A DNA stretch of 63,791 nucleotides, counting the filler, from Octopus bimaculoides (Eukaryota): NCBI RefSeq assembly GCF_001194135.2. It is 8 parts of 8 records of this genome, joined end to end, with 100 filler letters (N's around TTAATTAATTAA, not from the genome) between each part and the next. Parts side by side here need not be neighbours in the genome. Positions count along the whole stretch, not along the records: positions 1 to 17,049 come from NC_068983.1; 7 more parts are not named here. The stretch is one strand, 5' to 3'. A program made the position numbers and the translations under genes. Below, piece by piece: positions 1-11,568 of the stretch. How positions within the stretch are numbered: position 1 is the first letter of the stretch; each line of letters opens with the position of its first letter. The notes below the pieces were generated by a model, which was not told the DNA's origin, searched no databases, and saw only the letters and a program-made list of their open reading frames with translations.

Positions 1-350
1 TAGGATCACGGTTTCGATTCCCAGGCCGGGCGTTGTGAGTGTTTATTGAGCGAAAACACCTAAAGCTCCACGAGGCTCCAGCAGGGGATGGTGGCGAACC
101 CTGCTGTACTCTTCCACCACAACTTTCTCTCACTCTTACTTCCTGTTTCTGTCGTGCCAGTAATTCAAAGGGTCAGCCTTGTCACACTGTGTCACGCTGA
201 ATATCCCCCGAGAACTGCGTTAAGGGTACACGTGTCTGTGGATTGCTCAGCCACTTGCACGTTAATTTCACGAGAAGGCTGTTCCGTTGATCGGATCGAC
301 TGGAACCCTCGACGTCGTAAGCGACGGAGAGCCAACAACAACAACAACAA
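1..350 (+). mobile_element. tRNA-derived SINE, family A (5' end cut by window edge)
   Basis: B-box-like GGTTTCGATTCCC at 10-22; collinear with the full copy at 10583-10950; ends in an (AAC)n tail. Confidence 0.85.
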
Positions 351-850
351 AAAAATATATATATTATACGTGGGAGCATAATACTGGATATTTTAAGCAT
401 AACATTTCTCGAAAGACGAATGTTTAGCACCCCAGTACGCAATGAAGACAAATTACAGGAGGCGACTTCACATGCTCTGCCTTTCCTAGTTTAACGTCAC
501 CTCTCTCTATCCCCCAAACATTCAATTCTATATCATTTGACGTATGTCTCAGTGTCCGAGCACATCACCTTTCATCTTTACTTTCTCCTCCTTCAGATGG
601 GCCTTATTGGTTTTCTTTGCTAATAATCTACCGTTGTGAGTGTGTGGGTAAGGTTTGTTATCTGATCCTTTAAGAATATACAGTATTAATACTTTTCTCG
701 CTGTACTGCGTGTTTGTTTCTTTTTTGCATCTATTATTTTATTATTGATCTTCTATATAAATGAAGCTATATCCTTTAATTTGTTGTTTTTCTTTACATA
801 CGCAAAATGAGAAGATACATTGCGGAACTGTTATTTTAACGCGTTATATC

Positions 851-957
851 TATTTATCATCCGAAGAGACACGTCGGATGCTCCTGAACCAGTTGTTAAG
901 TATCCCACCCGTGAGGGGTCGATGCTAGATGTGTCGAAACAATTGTAGTGATTAATA
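851..957 (+). ncRNA. Type I hammerhead ribozyme with branched helix II, in a Penelope-type 3' tail
   Basis: Core CCGAAGA at 861-867 (U4C variant). Helix II GACACGTC/GATGTGTC (868-875/928-935). GAAA at 936-939. Palindromic helix III ACAATTGT. GUA cleavage triplet at 945-947. Helix I ATCAT/GTGAT (856-860/948-952). AATAAA at 954-959, then a (TA)(TG)n tract from about 991. Confidence 0.8.
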
Positions 958-989
958 AACATTCACATATCTCCTATCTTCCGTCTTCC

Positions 990-990
<1 letters not shown>

Positions 991-1065
<75 letters not shown>

Positions 1066-1120
1066 ATACATATATATATTTATATGTATGGGTATATATA
1101 TATATGTGTGTGTGTGTGTA
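991..1120. repeat. (TA)n/(TG)n compound microsatellite
   Basis: Direct reading; many similar tracts occur throughout the window (e.g. 2755-2823, 15792-15890, 17800-19150, 60050-60150). Confidence 0.95.
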
Positions 1121-1532
1121 TCGGAGGTATTTATGACTGGAGGATTAGTCCCATTGTCTTTAGGTAATGGAAATAAGAATTGTGACGTCCATTCTTTCTC
1201 ATAAAAAATAGCTATTACAAAGAAAGAAACTAATCGCAAACAATGTAATATTAATGTTTAAAAAAGCCGCGTTGGTTGTATTCAGTTTAATACCTATACT
1301 ATATCACCCTTCGTGTGATTCCTAAGTTCCCTATAACCAAATAGTCCGACAAATATTTGATTATTGATGATATCAGAGATTTGGTAATGGAGGTGGAAGT
1401 ATAAGTAGAACCGCAGTCACGCTAAGAAAACTAAAAATGTGAGTATGTGTGCGTAAACGCACATTTTTGTTGTGTGCACATTAATCGCATGAAGACACAC
1501 ATATGCACACACACACACACACACACACACAT

Positions 1533-1738
1533 GCCAGGCGAAATGCTTAGCGGTATTTCATCTGCCGTTACGTTCTGAGTTCAAATTCCACCGAGGTCGA
1601 CTTCGCCTTTCATCCTTTCGGGGTCGATTAAGCAAGTACCAGTTACGCACTGGGGTCGATGTAATCGACTTAATCCCTTTGTCTGTCCTTGTTTGTCCCC
1701 TCTATGTTTAGCCCCTTGTGGGCAATAAAGAAATAAAT
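1533..1738 (+). mobile_element. tRNA-derived SINE, family B (octopus OR-like; central GCCTTTCATCCTTTCGGGGTCGAT domain)
   Basis: B-box-like GAGTTCAAATTCC; near-identical to the copy at 47705-47915. Confidence 0.85.
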
Positions 1739-1866
1739 CTAGGTAGGGAAAAATCCAAACTGTGTCCCCTCGAAGCACGTCTGCTTATTCCAGATGTCAT
1801 TGTTGTATTGATGCGAGGAATATATATATTAGAATTGAACATTCTGGAATTATTGTTTGCAGAATC

Positions 1867-2719
1867 ATTATATACCAAAACAGGTAAGTGGAAAATATTT
1901 TTGGTATTATTTATTCACTATTACACGTTTCATTTGTTAATAGGAATCACAAAATCGTACATGTTGGATAAACATGTGCAACGAACAATTCAAAAATGAA
2001 TCCATATTTTTCCACATTGTCAAACAAGTTCTCGGTCCATTATCTTAGCCTTTCTGCACAAAGAGATCAATGAGAATGAACTGACCTCTCAGACCTTTTT
2101 CGAGACATTCACGTATCAAATCTGATATAGAAGTAGAATCTGATATAGCAGTAGTATTTGTTCTCGGTTGACCTAATTAAATGACCAAAAATATAAATAC
2201 ACAAGCCAAAGTGCTCTCATTCTCTTTTGGTGATTCGGCGCCTACCAATAAGCATGGCTGTCTTCTTCACCTCAGGCATGTTCTGTCATGAGCACGAGAC
2301 GACAGCAGTAACTCTATCTAATTGCAGACGTTCCTTTTACCCTGTCTTTCACGCTAGCTGCCCCAGAGATGAAACTAGTAACTATCATGCAAAATGAACT
2401 GGAAATCTACAAGCAAGCTATGTACACACAAACTCGACGATATATATATATTGTAACGACTAATATCATAAAGCAAATATTGTTCTTCATTCATTTCTCC
2501 GATGCATCTTTACATTCAATCCCGTCGTTACACATGTAAGAAATTTCCTATTTGAAATTCTTCAGACAGAGAATCAAATATTATTTGATTCTCTCTTTAA
2601 AGAATTTCTAATAGGGCATTTCTTGCATATACAATTCTGTAATTCCTATTAACAAATGAAACATGTGTAATGGTGAATAATACCAAAAAAATTTCCGGCT
2701 TCCTGTTTTGTTATATAAT
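1867..2719. repeat. Long inverted repeat pair (arms about 1867-1963 and 2626-2719)
   Basis: TTATATACCAAAACAGG...GTTTCATTTGTTAATAGGAATCACA is the reverse complement of the right arm, with mismatches. Confidence 0.75.
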
Positions 2720-2753
2720 ATACACCCACCCACAAACACCACAAACACACACA

Positions 2754-2823
<70 letters not shown>

Positions 2824-3298
2824 NNNNNNNNNNNNNNNNNNNNNNNNNNNNNNNNNNNNNNNNNNNNNNNNNNNNNNNNNNNNNNNNNNNNNNNNNNNNN
2901 NNNNNNNNNNNNNNNNNNNNNNNNNNNNNNNNNNNNNNNNNNNNNNNNNNNNNNNNNNNNNNNNNNNNNNNNNNNNNNNNNNNNNNNNNNNNNNNNNNNN
3001 NNNNNNNNNNNNNNNNNNNNNNNNNNNNNNNNNNNNNNNNNNNNNNNNNNNNNNNNNNNNNNNNNNNNNNNNNNNNNNNNNNNNNNNNNNNNNNNNNNNN
3101 NNNNNNNNNNNNNNNNNNNNNNNNNNNNNNNNNNNNNNNNNNNNNNNNNNNNNNNNNNNNNNNNNNNNNNNNNNNNNNNNNNNNNNNNNNNNNNNNNNNN
3201 NNNNNNNNNNNNNNNNNNNNNNNNNNNNNTAATGTAATCGACTCGCCCCCACCCCACCCCCGAATCGCTTCCCTTGTGGCAAAATTTAAAAAAAAACA

Positions 3299-3329
<31 letters not shown>

Positions 3330-3344
3330 TATTATTATTATTGA

Positions 3345-3890
3345 GTGAGAGAGCAGTGTTTGCCATCAAAGTGACACTGGGGTAAAATATACGAAGCCCT
3401 GTATACCCATCATGACTATCCGTCAGATGAGGAAACAGCAGGCACATGCTTCGCGACCATATGTGCGTGACATTGTGACCTCATTTAAAGATAAACAGCG
3501 TAAGACTTTACAGGTGGGGCCCAGTTAGAATTTTCTTCAGGTTGCCTATCCCGTTCAAAAGGTCTCTGAATAAGGGCTATTTAAGGATGTTGAACGAAAC
3601 ACCTATGTTCCTAGAGGTGAATTATTCAAATCCCAAAGAATTCCTCTCAACACATGGCTATGATGCTCCCCCACAACTTCTTCTCGTGATCAAAGATGTA
3701 CATATTGTCAGCCACCAAGGGACATACTCAACCAGTTAAGGTCAAACAACTGAGAAGCAAATCTGTGGTATTAAGCAGAATATTTGCTGTAGCCATTCTT
3801 TTATGCCAAGACAAAACATATACATGAATACACTTTCAATCAGTTTAGATCAGAAGCCATGAAAGTCACCGCCTGGTGCTGCATCAGGGT
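3345..3890 (-). mobile_element. Unclassified (AAT)n-tailed retroposon, about 550 bp
   Basis: Second collinear copy at 4774-5115; bounded by ATT repeats; no convincing ORF. Confidence 0.65.
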
Positions 3891-3895
3891 ATTTT

Positions 3896-4234
3896 ATTAT
3901 TATTATTCAGTAGTTTTATTTTTATAACGTGCTTTCACTTCACTACCGAGCGCAGCTCTGTGCGCCTTGGGTATGTGCTGTGGTGCTCTTATGTTTACTG
4001 TATTGAAAGTGTTTTGCGTAGAATGTGTGCAGTACCCAGTAGTGCAATTTTCTGTATGTTATATATATTTGTAAGTCCTGCTATTTTTGTTATGTATTTG
4101 TCTGAATATTTTTTTATTATACCTAAGGCACCTACTATGATAGGAATTGTTTCTGTTTTTAGATTCCACATTCGAGTTATCTCTATTTCCAGGTCTTTGT
4201 ATTTTGAAAGTTTTTCCATTTCTTTTAGAGAAAC
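3896..4234 (-). mobile_element. R4/Dong-type RLE non-LTR retrotransposon, 3' end
   Basis: ORF 3995-4219 KYKDLEIEITRMWNLKTETIPIIVGALG...QKIALLGTAHILRK is a typical RLE C-terminus; short 3' UTR and (TAA)n tail; 5' part runs into a gap. Confidence 0.85.
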
Positions 4235-4773
4235 NNNNNNNNNNNNNNNNNNNNNNNNNNNNNNNNNNNNNNNNNNNNNNNNNNNNNNNNNNNNNNNNNN
4301 NNNNNNNNNNNNNNNNNNNNNNNNNNNNNNNNNNNNNNNNNNNNNNNNNNNNNNNNNNNNNNNNNNNNNNNNNNNNNNNNNNNNNNNNNNNNNNNNNNNN
4401 NNNNNNNNNNNNNNNNNNNNNNNNNNNNNNNNNNNNNNNNNNNNNNNNNNNNNNNNNNNNNNNNNNNNNNNNNNNNNNNNNNNNNNNNNNNNNNNNNNNN
4501 NNNNNNNNNNNNNNNNNNNNNNNNNNNNNNNNNNNNNNNNNNNNNNNNNNNNNNNNNNNNNNNNNNNNNNNNNNNNNNNNNNNNNNNNNNNNNNNNNNNN
4601 NNNNNNNNNNNNNNNNNNNNNNNNNNNNNNNNNNNNNNNNNNNNNNNNNNNNNNNNNNNNNNNNNNNNNNNNNNNNNNNNNNNNNNNNNNNNNNNNNNNN
4701 NNNNNNNNNNNNNNNNNNNNNNNNNNNNNNNNNNNNNNNNNNNNNNNNNNNNNNNNNNNNNNNNNNNNNNNNN

Positions 4774-5115
4774 CCGCTCAAAAGGTCCCCGAATAAGGTT
4801 TGTTTAAGGATGTTGAGCAAAAACACCCATGTTTCCAAAGGTGAATTATTCAAACCCCAAAGAATTCCTCTCAACACATGGCTATGATGCTCCCCCACCA
4901 CTTCTGCTCATGATCAGAGATGCACATATCGTCATCCACCAAGGGACATGCTCAACTGGTTAAGGTCAAACAACTGACAAACAAATCTGTGGTATTAAGC
5001 AGAATATTTGCTGTAGCCCATCTTTTATACTAAGACAAAACAATGTACATGATAACACTTCCAATCAAGATCAGAAGCCATGAGAGCCACTGCCTGGTAC
5101 TGCATCCGGGCCACT
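4774..5115 (-). mobile_element. Second, partial copy of the (AAT)n-tailed retroposon
   Basis: Collinear with 3555-3890. Confidence 0.7.
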
Positions 5116-6229
5116 ATTATTTATTTATTTAACTTCAGTTCAACCTTGATCGGACAGACCTATGGTAACAACCTTCTGACATGACCATTCCATAATATTT
5201 TCGGGTATAGTACATCTGAGACTACAATAACCAATGTATTCTTCTTCGTTTACGACATTGGGGTGTCATTAGAGAGATTCGGCTAACATTTCCGGTCATG
5301 CTATTACATAGAATCTTATACTCTTGTTTAGCATCGTGGCCTCGTATGACTTAGCAGAACTAAAACAGAAAGCATTTCCGCTGCGACCATCCTGTCCTTT
5401 TATGAATATCTAGGACTATTGTATTGAATGGTATCACTTCATCTTTTAAAACAATAGGGTGTGGCATGTAAGGATTTCCCATTTGGTCGAGCGACGATGC
5501 TAAGGCATATGTGTTTATATATAGTGTTGTTGTTTTGTTTGTGTTTGTGTATTTATTTTTGTCGTCATTTTTGATGAGACACCATTTCCTCTCAGACGAA
5601 ATTGTCAAAAAGACGGAAAAATGTGCTTCGGAAAGTGATCTTGACCTTCTAGATTGTTAATTACACAACAGACAAAGAGGCCGAAGCTTTTGTATAAAAC
5701 AAAAGGCGAACAACACACACACACACACACANNNNNNNNNNNNNNNNNNNNNNNNNNNNNNNNNNNNNNNNNNNNNNNNNNNNNNNNNNNNNNNNNNNNN
5801 NNNNNNNNNNNNNNNNNNNNNNNNNNNNNNNNNNNNNNNNNNNNNNNNNNNNNNNNNNNNNNNNNNNNNNNNNNNNNNNNNNNNNNNNNNNNNNNNNNNN
5901 NNNNNNNNNNNNNNNNNNNNNNNNNNNNNNNNNNNNNNNNNNNNNNNNNNNNNNNNNNNNNNNNNNNNNNNNNGTCAGTGTCTGACTAGTTGTCTTCTGT
6001 TGTAAAATAAATAAATAAATAAATAAATGAATAAACAAACAAATAAATGAATAAACTGGAAAACTAAAAAGGAAATTATGTCGAACATTAAAAATAAACT
6101 GATCATGTTTACAAAAGGGACTAAAACGTTAACAATACTATTTGGATCCAATTTTATTAGTTCTCTATCACTACTACCAATGTTGGGTAATGCAGGGTAA
6201 TCACATGTAATATGTGTGTGTGCGCGCAT

Positions 6230-8470
6230 GCGTAGTAATAATAACAATAATCCTTGGATGGAATTTATAGTCATTTAATGCATCGCTACGTGCGTTTTCA
6301 CAAATCACATGTCTCTTAAGATCACAGTCTGTTTTCCTAGGATGATTACAGTGTAGTCCGTAGTAGTATCTGTGGACATCCGGTTGATCAGCATCATGGA
6401 TTCATTTCTTCAGGCGATATAACATTAGTGGATGTTTAACAGAGGGATTCTTATCCCTTTTGACTAGTTGATTGAGTCATGTGTGTATTTGGTGGGAAAG
6501 AGAGGAATGAATGGTAATTATATGAGTATGGAGGTATGTGTGGTGATGTTGGACTTATTTTACTATTCACTCTACTGATGTCAAGTACTCCTTTGTTCGT
6601 TCTTATTTAAGGCATGACTAACTTCAATAAATTCTGAATTAAACAGGTCAGCTGGTACAGCCACTACAGTCATCAGCTGTTGGGGTTTATTGTCTGAACT
6701 GATAAATGATACTTTCCTAGGGTTACCGTTGAACTGTTTCTGTTGGTATAGTGTATAGCATCCTAAATATTTGTTGGTTTGTTTATTTGTTTGTGTTCCT
6801 TCATTGTTCTATAATCTGCTAAGTGCAGTTGATGTTATTCTGCTTCAAAATATATATATTTTTTAATTCTGCAAATGATGTTTTGCTTTTATGTTTACAT
6901 GAAATGATCACCTCTGAGTGTCTATTTATAACGTTTCAACTGGATATAATGATTTCTAGAATGTTTCTGGGCATAAGTTGCTAACACGTGATGTTCCGTT
7001 GTATGATGCAGCATTTTTTTCTTATATAATGGACCAGTGGGTCGTATTCTCCACTCCATTCTGTTTGAGCCTCCAGAAAATGTTCGATAGTGATGTGAAG
7101 TGTCTTTTATGTATATTGGAAAATGATGTAAGATAGTTACGCAGACATTTTCCATGGTGTCTCCGGTGCCACTAATATACACGTAATTCTGCGTACTTGC
7201 CTTCACTTCACATTTGTAAATTACATTTTTACCATGCAGTTGTTGTTAAATCTGTATTCGTCTTTACGTTTATAGTTACATAAGATATAATTTTTTTCAG
7301 TTCTCCCAGCGGAGTTACTACTTTATTCTTTCTCTTGTAATCGTGTGCTCATTTTTCTTATGTATAGGTTGGACTGTCAATTGTGTGGTGTTGTTTGGAT
7401 CCGTTTTTGCTATTGATGAACTTTTATTAACCCTATTTGCAACCATTCTATCGTCGTATACATTGTTATTAGCCGCGATTGCTTCGTATTCCCCTCCAGT
7501 TTTATTTTATTTAGTTTTGTATTGTTTAGTTTGTGTATGTGGTATTCTAGATTGTGAGAGGCCACGTATGCTAATTTTACATTATGTCTGTTGATGATTT
7601 TGTGATACTTGGAAGATCTCATGAAGTGCCTATCTAATGCTGCAAAGAATTCCTGACCTGTCAACGAGGCTAAGCTCTACGTCTACGAAATTTACCACTC
7701 TGTGATTTTTTCCTATCTCAACTTTCAATCTAAAGTTCTTAAAGAATTAAAAAAGTTTTTTCTCACATCTTTCTATTTCTACGTTGCTACTTTTTTGTAT
7801 AGTGAATAAAGCCTTGTCTCTATATAATCCTCCTCCCTATGTTCGGGAGCCAAAATTCTATTTTCGATAATAGGCATATGCCTTCTATATCTGTCACTTG
7901 CGCGGAATCGCTAGACCCCATTCTTATGTCAAATGAGCCGACGCTGTCTGATCGAGCACAGAGTTTACCTCCATATTCTATTATAGTGCTCCTAGCCGGC
8001 AAAACTATATCTATTTCTTCCTTAGTGAGGTCGGAGTTGGTTTTAGCGAATAATAATGCCTTGTTTAGTAGAACAGGGTTTATGAACTGGTAGTAGTTCG
8101 ACATTTTTAACTGCACAATCTTGGTCTTGTTTTTATTCTCTAGGCTTTTAAATCATGCGATAACTTCATTGGTTTTAGACCACAATTTGAATTTGGTTTC
8201 ACATTTTAATTTAGGTATTATCCTATCTAATTATATCTGTATCCGATTTAGATAGGCATATAAGTTTTACTGATTGGTTGTCTTGGAAGTTTTCCTTATG
8301 GTCTTTTAGATTTCTTCTAGGTATCATAGATGTGTAAGGTCTAGTCCTATCTTGTATACCTAATTTCTTAACTATTTCAAACCCCTTCCTATTTATATTA
8401 TCTATTGTGTATTTATATTTGTTATATGCATACATATTACATAGATACACACATATGTTAATATGTATAT
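6230..8470 (-). pseudogene. Degenerate Penelope-like element (RT, thumb, GIY-YIG), broken by stops and frameshifts
   Basis: Fragments LKDHKENF...VKLICLSKSD (8223-8474), FDIRMGSSDSAQVTDIEGICLLSKI (7820-8116), LDRHF...KIINRHNVKLAY (7410-7664) and VYISGTG (6922-7206) appear in PLE domain order. Confidence 0.8.
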
Positions 8471-8489
8471 ACATTTATTTAAATTCTTC

Positions 8490-8900
8490 TTAAGAAAGTT
8501 CAAGCCGGTCGCTAACAAAACTATACCAGTGTGGAAGATATCAGCCACATCAGCAGCAGCTGCTCCAAGCTGTCCACGAAATACTATCTGCCCTGGAGGC
8601 ATGATATAGTAGCAAAAACAATGCTATCTGCAGGAAGGGTTGCCTTGACATATACATCAAAGGCATGTCAGAACCAGCATGTATTCACATCTTTAAAAGC
8701 ATGGAATACTGGTGGAACACTCCGACAAGAACAACAATTCGGTGTCAACGTGATAAATCTGGTATTGTTCTGTTGGACAAGGAACAAAAGTTGTGCACTA
8801 CAGTAGAGGTCAGCTGCTTTAGCGGATGTGAATGTACCATCAAAAGTCCAGATAGGTGCATTAGGCTATGTACCTACAGATTTACACACAAAAAGAACTA
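8490..8900 (+). mobile_element. RLE-type non-LTR retrotransposon fragment (zinc knuckle and endonuclease)
   Basis: HISSSCSKLSTKYYLPWRHDIVAK, and WWNTPTRTTIRCQRDKSGIVLLDKEQKLCTTVEVSC in another frame. Confidence 0.7.
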
Positions 8901-9220
8901 GAAATACTAGGTTTTTCGAAGAAAGATAAAAAGAAACTGAGACATATTCTCCAAATCCAATCTATTAGCAACACAGTGAAGATTTGTAAGACATTCCAAA
9001 GATTCTCCATCTGAGATTTTTTAGATGAACAGACGCACATGCTTGGGTGTATGTATCAACAGTTCAATTAACACACCAACTCAACCACATATTTATGAAC
9101 ACCAGGAACTCCTTTAACTCAAAAAGTCTTGCAAATATATTCGCAATACATTCTAGCAGATTCGAGCGTGAATAGGCTAATCGCTATTGTGTCCGTCACA
9201 TTCAATTCATTAGTACAAGG

Positions 9221-9270
9221 GATTCTCGGACCCCAGTGTTTCGACATATTGCGTCTCGTCAGACAGAAGC
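9221..9270 (-). ncRNA. Decayed type I hammerhead ribozyme
   Basis: Minus strand reads CTGACGA-GACG caata TGTC-GAAAC actggg GTC; core and helix II intact, helix I has two mismatches next to the core. Confidence 0.55.
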
Positions 9271-10582
9271 AACTCAGGACTGATGAAACTAACGATAGCC
9301 TATGGTCTTGTTTATAATTTCAGCCAACTGAACATTAGAATTGGAATATAGATGTTCTAATCGAGTTGCTTCTCTTCGACGTCTCCCTGAGTTAGGTTCC
9401 CCTTTATGATTACTTTCAAACAAGTCGCATTCAACGTGGTATTTCCTCCTCCACAGCAGACGATCAGATGCATCAACGGTTCACGAAGCAACATCAGTAC
9501 AATGTGTGAATGTTCGTATTAGTCGATTCTTGTATAACCGTCTCGGATCCTATTGGACACGTTCCTTCCTGCAATTACTTACTACATACCTATTTACAAT
9601 TACAAAAAAAATGCTTTCGATGGAACACACANNNNNNNNNNNNNNNNNNNNNNNNNNNNNNNNNNNNNNNNNNNNNNNNNNNNNNNNNNNNNNNNNNNNN
9701 NNNNNNNNNNNNNNNNNNNNNNNNNNNNNNNNNNNNNNNNNNNNNNNNNNNNNNNNNNNNNNNNNNNNNNNNNNNNNNNNNNNNNNNNNNNNNNNNNNNN
9801 NNNNNNNNNNNNNNNNNNNNNNNNNNNNNNNNNNNNNNNNNNNNNNNNNNNNNNNNNNNNNNNNNNNNNNNNNNNNNNNNNNNNNNNNNNNNNNNNNNNN
9901 NNNNNNNNNNNNNNNNNNNNNNNNNNNNNNNNNNNNNNNNNNNNNNNNNNNNNNNNNNNNNNNNNNNNNNNNNNNNNNNNNNNNNNNNNNNNNNNNNNNN
10001 NNNNNNNNNNNNNNNNNNNNNNNNNNNNNNNNNNNNNNNNNNNNNNNNNNNNNNNNCTCTCTCTCTCTCGTTCTCTCTCTCTCCTCTCTCTCACTCTCTC
10101 TCTCTCCAACTGATAATTAAGAAGAGAAAAAGACACTTATTTTGATTTACATTTGAGAAATACAATAATATTATGTAACAGTCACTTGGTGATTATTAAA
10201 ATATATTTATATAATAATTGCCATGTATTTCTATGATAAAGATATTGTTTGAGAACAAATGCACTCTTGAAAGATTTCATAAATGAATAAATGAATGAAT
10301 AAATAGATAAATGATAGTTTTACTCATTTACTGTATTTGTTGAAATCTAAACAATGAACCACTTACAACAACATCGCCCGTGCTTCACATTTCTATTGTA
10401 TAAATAAAGTGTTGAAGATAACGACAATGGGTGACCGATGGTCAAGTATTAAATAATATCTAGAAACTTTAGAGTTCAGTGCACGTCTTTTGTCCTATGG
10501 ACATAGTAAATTCAGTTGATTCATTATATCGCTCTCATTATTTCTCATGCCTTTAAATACTTGCTGTTATTGTTGCTGTCGT

Positions 10583-10950
10583 GGAGGCGCAATGGCCCAG
10601 TGGTTAGAGCAGCGGACTCGCTGTTTCGATTCCCAGACCGGACGTTGTGAGTGTTTATTGAGCGAAAACACCTAAAGCTCCACGAGGCTCCGGCAAGGGA
10701 TAGTGGCGAACTCTGCTGTACTCTTTCACCACAACTTTCTCTCACACTTTCTTCCTGTTTCTGTTGTGCCTGTAATTCAAAGGGCCAGCCTTGTCACACT
10801 GTGTCACGCTGAATATCCCCGAGAACTACGTTAAGGGTACACGTGTCTGTGGAGTGCTCAGCTACTTGTACGTTAATTTCACTAGCAGGCTGTTCCGTTG
10901 ATCAGATCTACTGGAACCCACGACGTCGTAAGCGACGGAGTGCCAACACA
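10583..10950 (+). mobile_element. tRNA-derived SINE, family A, near full length
   Basis: A-box TGGCCCAGTGGTT and B-box GTTTCGATTCCC; matches 1-350. Confidence 0.9.
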
Positions 10951-10964
10951 TACACATTGTCGCT

Positions 10965-11170
10965 GTTGCTACTGTCGTTTAACCCCTCGTAAACCCAAAT
11001 AGAGGGCTTCTATGATCTAAAGTATTCCAGTTATGACCAATCAGCCCACCCATTTCTTTAGAACACATGACTTCATTATATCTAATGTGGCCTATTCTTA
11101 TAAAAGGCAGTAGATAATACGATTTTAGGATAATTTAGCGGCTATTTCTAGCAGATTGATCGACCACAAT
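10965..11170 (-). mobile_element. SINE-like family D (CTGCTAGAAATAGCAGCC...GATCATAGGTCTGCTCGATC, AAC tail)
   Basis: Diverged copies also at about 5130-5330 (-), 48830-48940 (+), 49335-49560 (+), 53480-53560 (+) and 56040-56250 (+). Confidence 0.65.
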
Positions 11171-11537
11171 GACTTGACTTTTGTTACTTGTTGACAACAT
11201 ACTTAAATTGCTTGATTACCACAAAAGGAACTAAATTCAGATACGTAACTGTAGCTTAGTTTATCAAATCGTAATCATGCGTTACACAAGATAAGATGAT
11301 AAACGAAATACCTTTTCAATTGCTAACCTTTCATCAGTCACACAAAAAAAAACTACTAAGTCGTTCGATACTTTCATTTTTTAATCTGTTAAGAAGTTAA
11401 ATTGAATTGCAAAGTACAATAGAGAAATTGAAGATACCACAGTTTCAAAAAGTAAAATGCTCGAATTCTGGCACTGGCGCGATGACCTGAAATGCAACAT
11501 ACTGTGCGCGCGCGCGCGCGTGTGTGTGTGCGTGTGT

Positions 11538-11568
<31 letters not shown>

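Noticed and set aside
3820-3890. Possible HDV-like ribozyme at the 5' end of element A (GG then a 9-bp hairpin CTTCTGATC/GATTGGAAG in the 4774-5115 copy)
   Set aside because: I could not build P1, P2 and P3 or find the catalytic C in J4/2.
10583-10640. tRNA gene
   Set aside because: A and B boxes are present, but the anticodon region is deleted and the sequence continues into a SINE body.
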